DNA of 56,194 nucleotides. Origin: Candidatus Hydrogenedentota bacterium. Lineage in GTDB: Bacteria > Hydrogenedentota > Hydrogenedentia > Hydrogenedentales > GCA-2746185. Position 1 is the first letter of the stretch, and each line of letters starts with the position of its first letter. The stretch covers positions 1 through 56,194 of the forward strand of contig JAYGCN010000205.1 of assembly GCA_046583315.1 (NCBI GenBank), read 5' to 3'. The position numbers and the translations under genes are program-made. The notes below the pieces were generated by a model. That model had not been told where the DNA came from. It did not search any database and saw only the letters and a list, made by a program, of their open reading frames with translations. Shown here piece after piece: positions 56,057 to 56,194 of this stretch.

Positions 56057-56194
56057 ATGAAACGATTAGCTGGAATAACGACCCTGGCAGCGGGTGTGCT
56101 TTGCACGTCTGCCTTTGGTGCTGGGATCAGTGGCGTGGTGCAGGATGCTGCGGGTAAGCCGATGGAGGGTGTTTCGGTATCTGCGATTGATGCG
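56057..56194 (+). CDS. Exported protein with carboxypeptidase-regulatory-like N-terminal domain (5' fragment)
   Basis: MKRLAGITTLAAGVLCTSAFGAGISGVVQDAAGKPMEGVSVSAIDA; runs off the window. Confidence 0.7.
   Translation, partial: MKRLAGITTLAAGVLCTSAFGAGISGVVQDAAGKPMEGVSVSAIDA

Overview
A gene-dense 56 kb stretch of bacterial chromosome, mostly housekeeping. I found no rRNA, tRNA, CRISPR array, integrase or transposase. The gene mix suggests a diderm, motile aerobe such as Ca. Hydrogenedentota or a PVC/Acidobacteria-like lineage; this is inference only. Core genes: glmS, apt, tadA, pyk, aspartate kinase, rseP-dxr, ptsI-ptsH, acyP, pyrD/F/E, radA-disA, a sirtuin, an ABC-F ATPase and a sigma-70 factor. 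Notable loci: (1) a Tat-exported PaoABC-like molybdo-flavoenzyme whose FAD subunit has lost the [4Fe-4S] cysteines, followed by a 70-aa Cys-rich protein, a DUF1326 protein and an exported acidic protein, with divergent xdhC-mocA; (2) an nmbA-like methyltransferase heading bshC-bshB1-bshA, predicting N-methyl-bacillithiol; (3) an A1-type cytochrome c oxidase operon in I-III-IV-X-II order whose subunit I lacks the K-channel lysine; (4) a Zn-ribbon/DEDDh pseudo-exonuclease behind a near-consensus promoter with a perfect operator; (5) a leaderless padR followed by an 832-bp tandem-duplicated membrane-protein gene; (6) a heme c/PHM-like copper monooxygenase fusion; (7) a degenerate DUF62 protein; (8) a cluster of short inverted repeats beside a patch of extreme G/T skew. 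All calls come from motif reading by eye; no searches were run.
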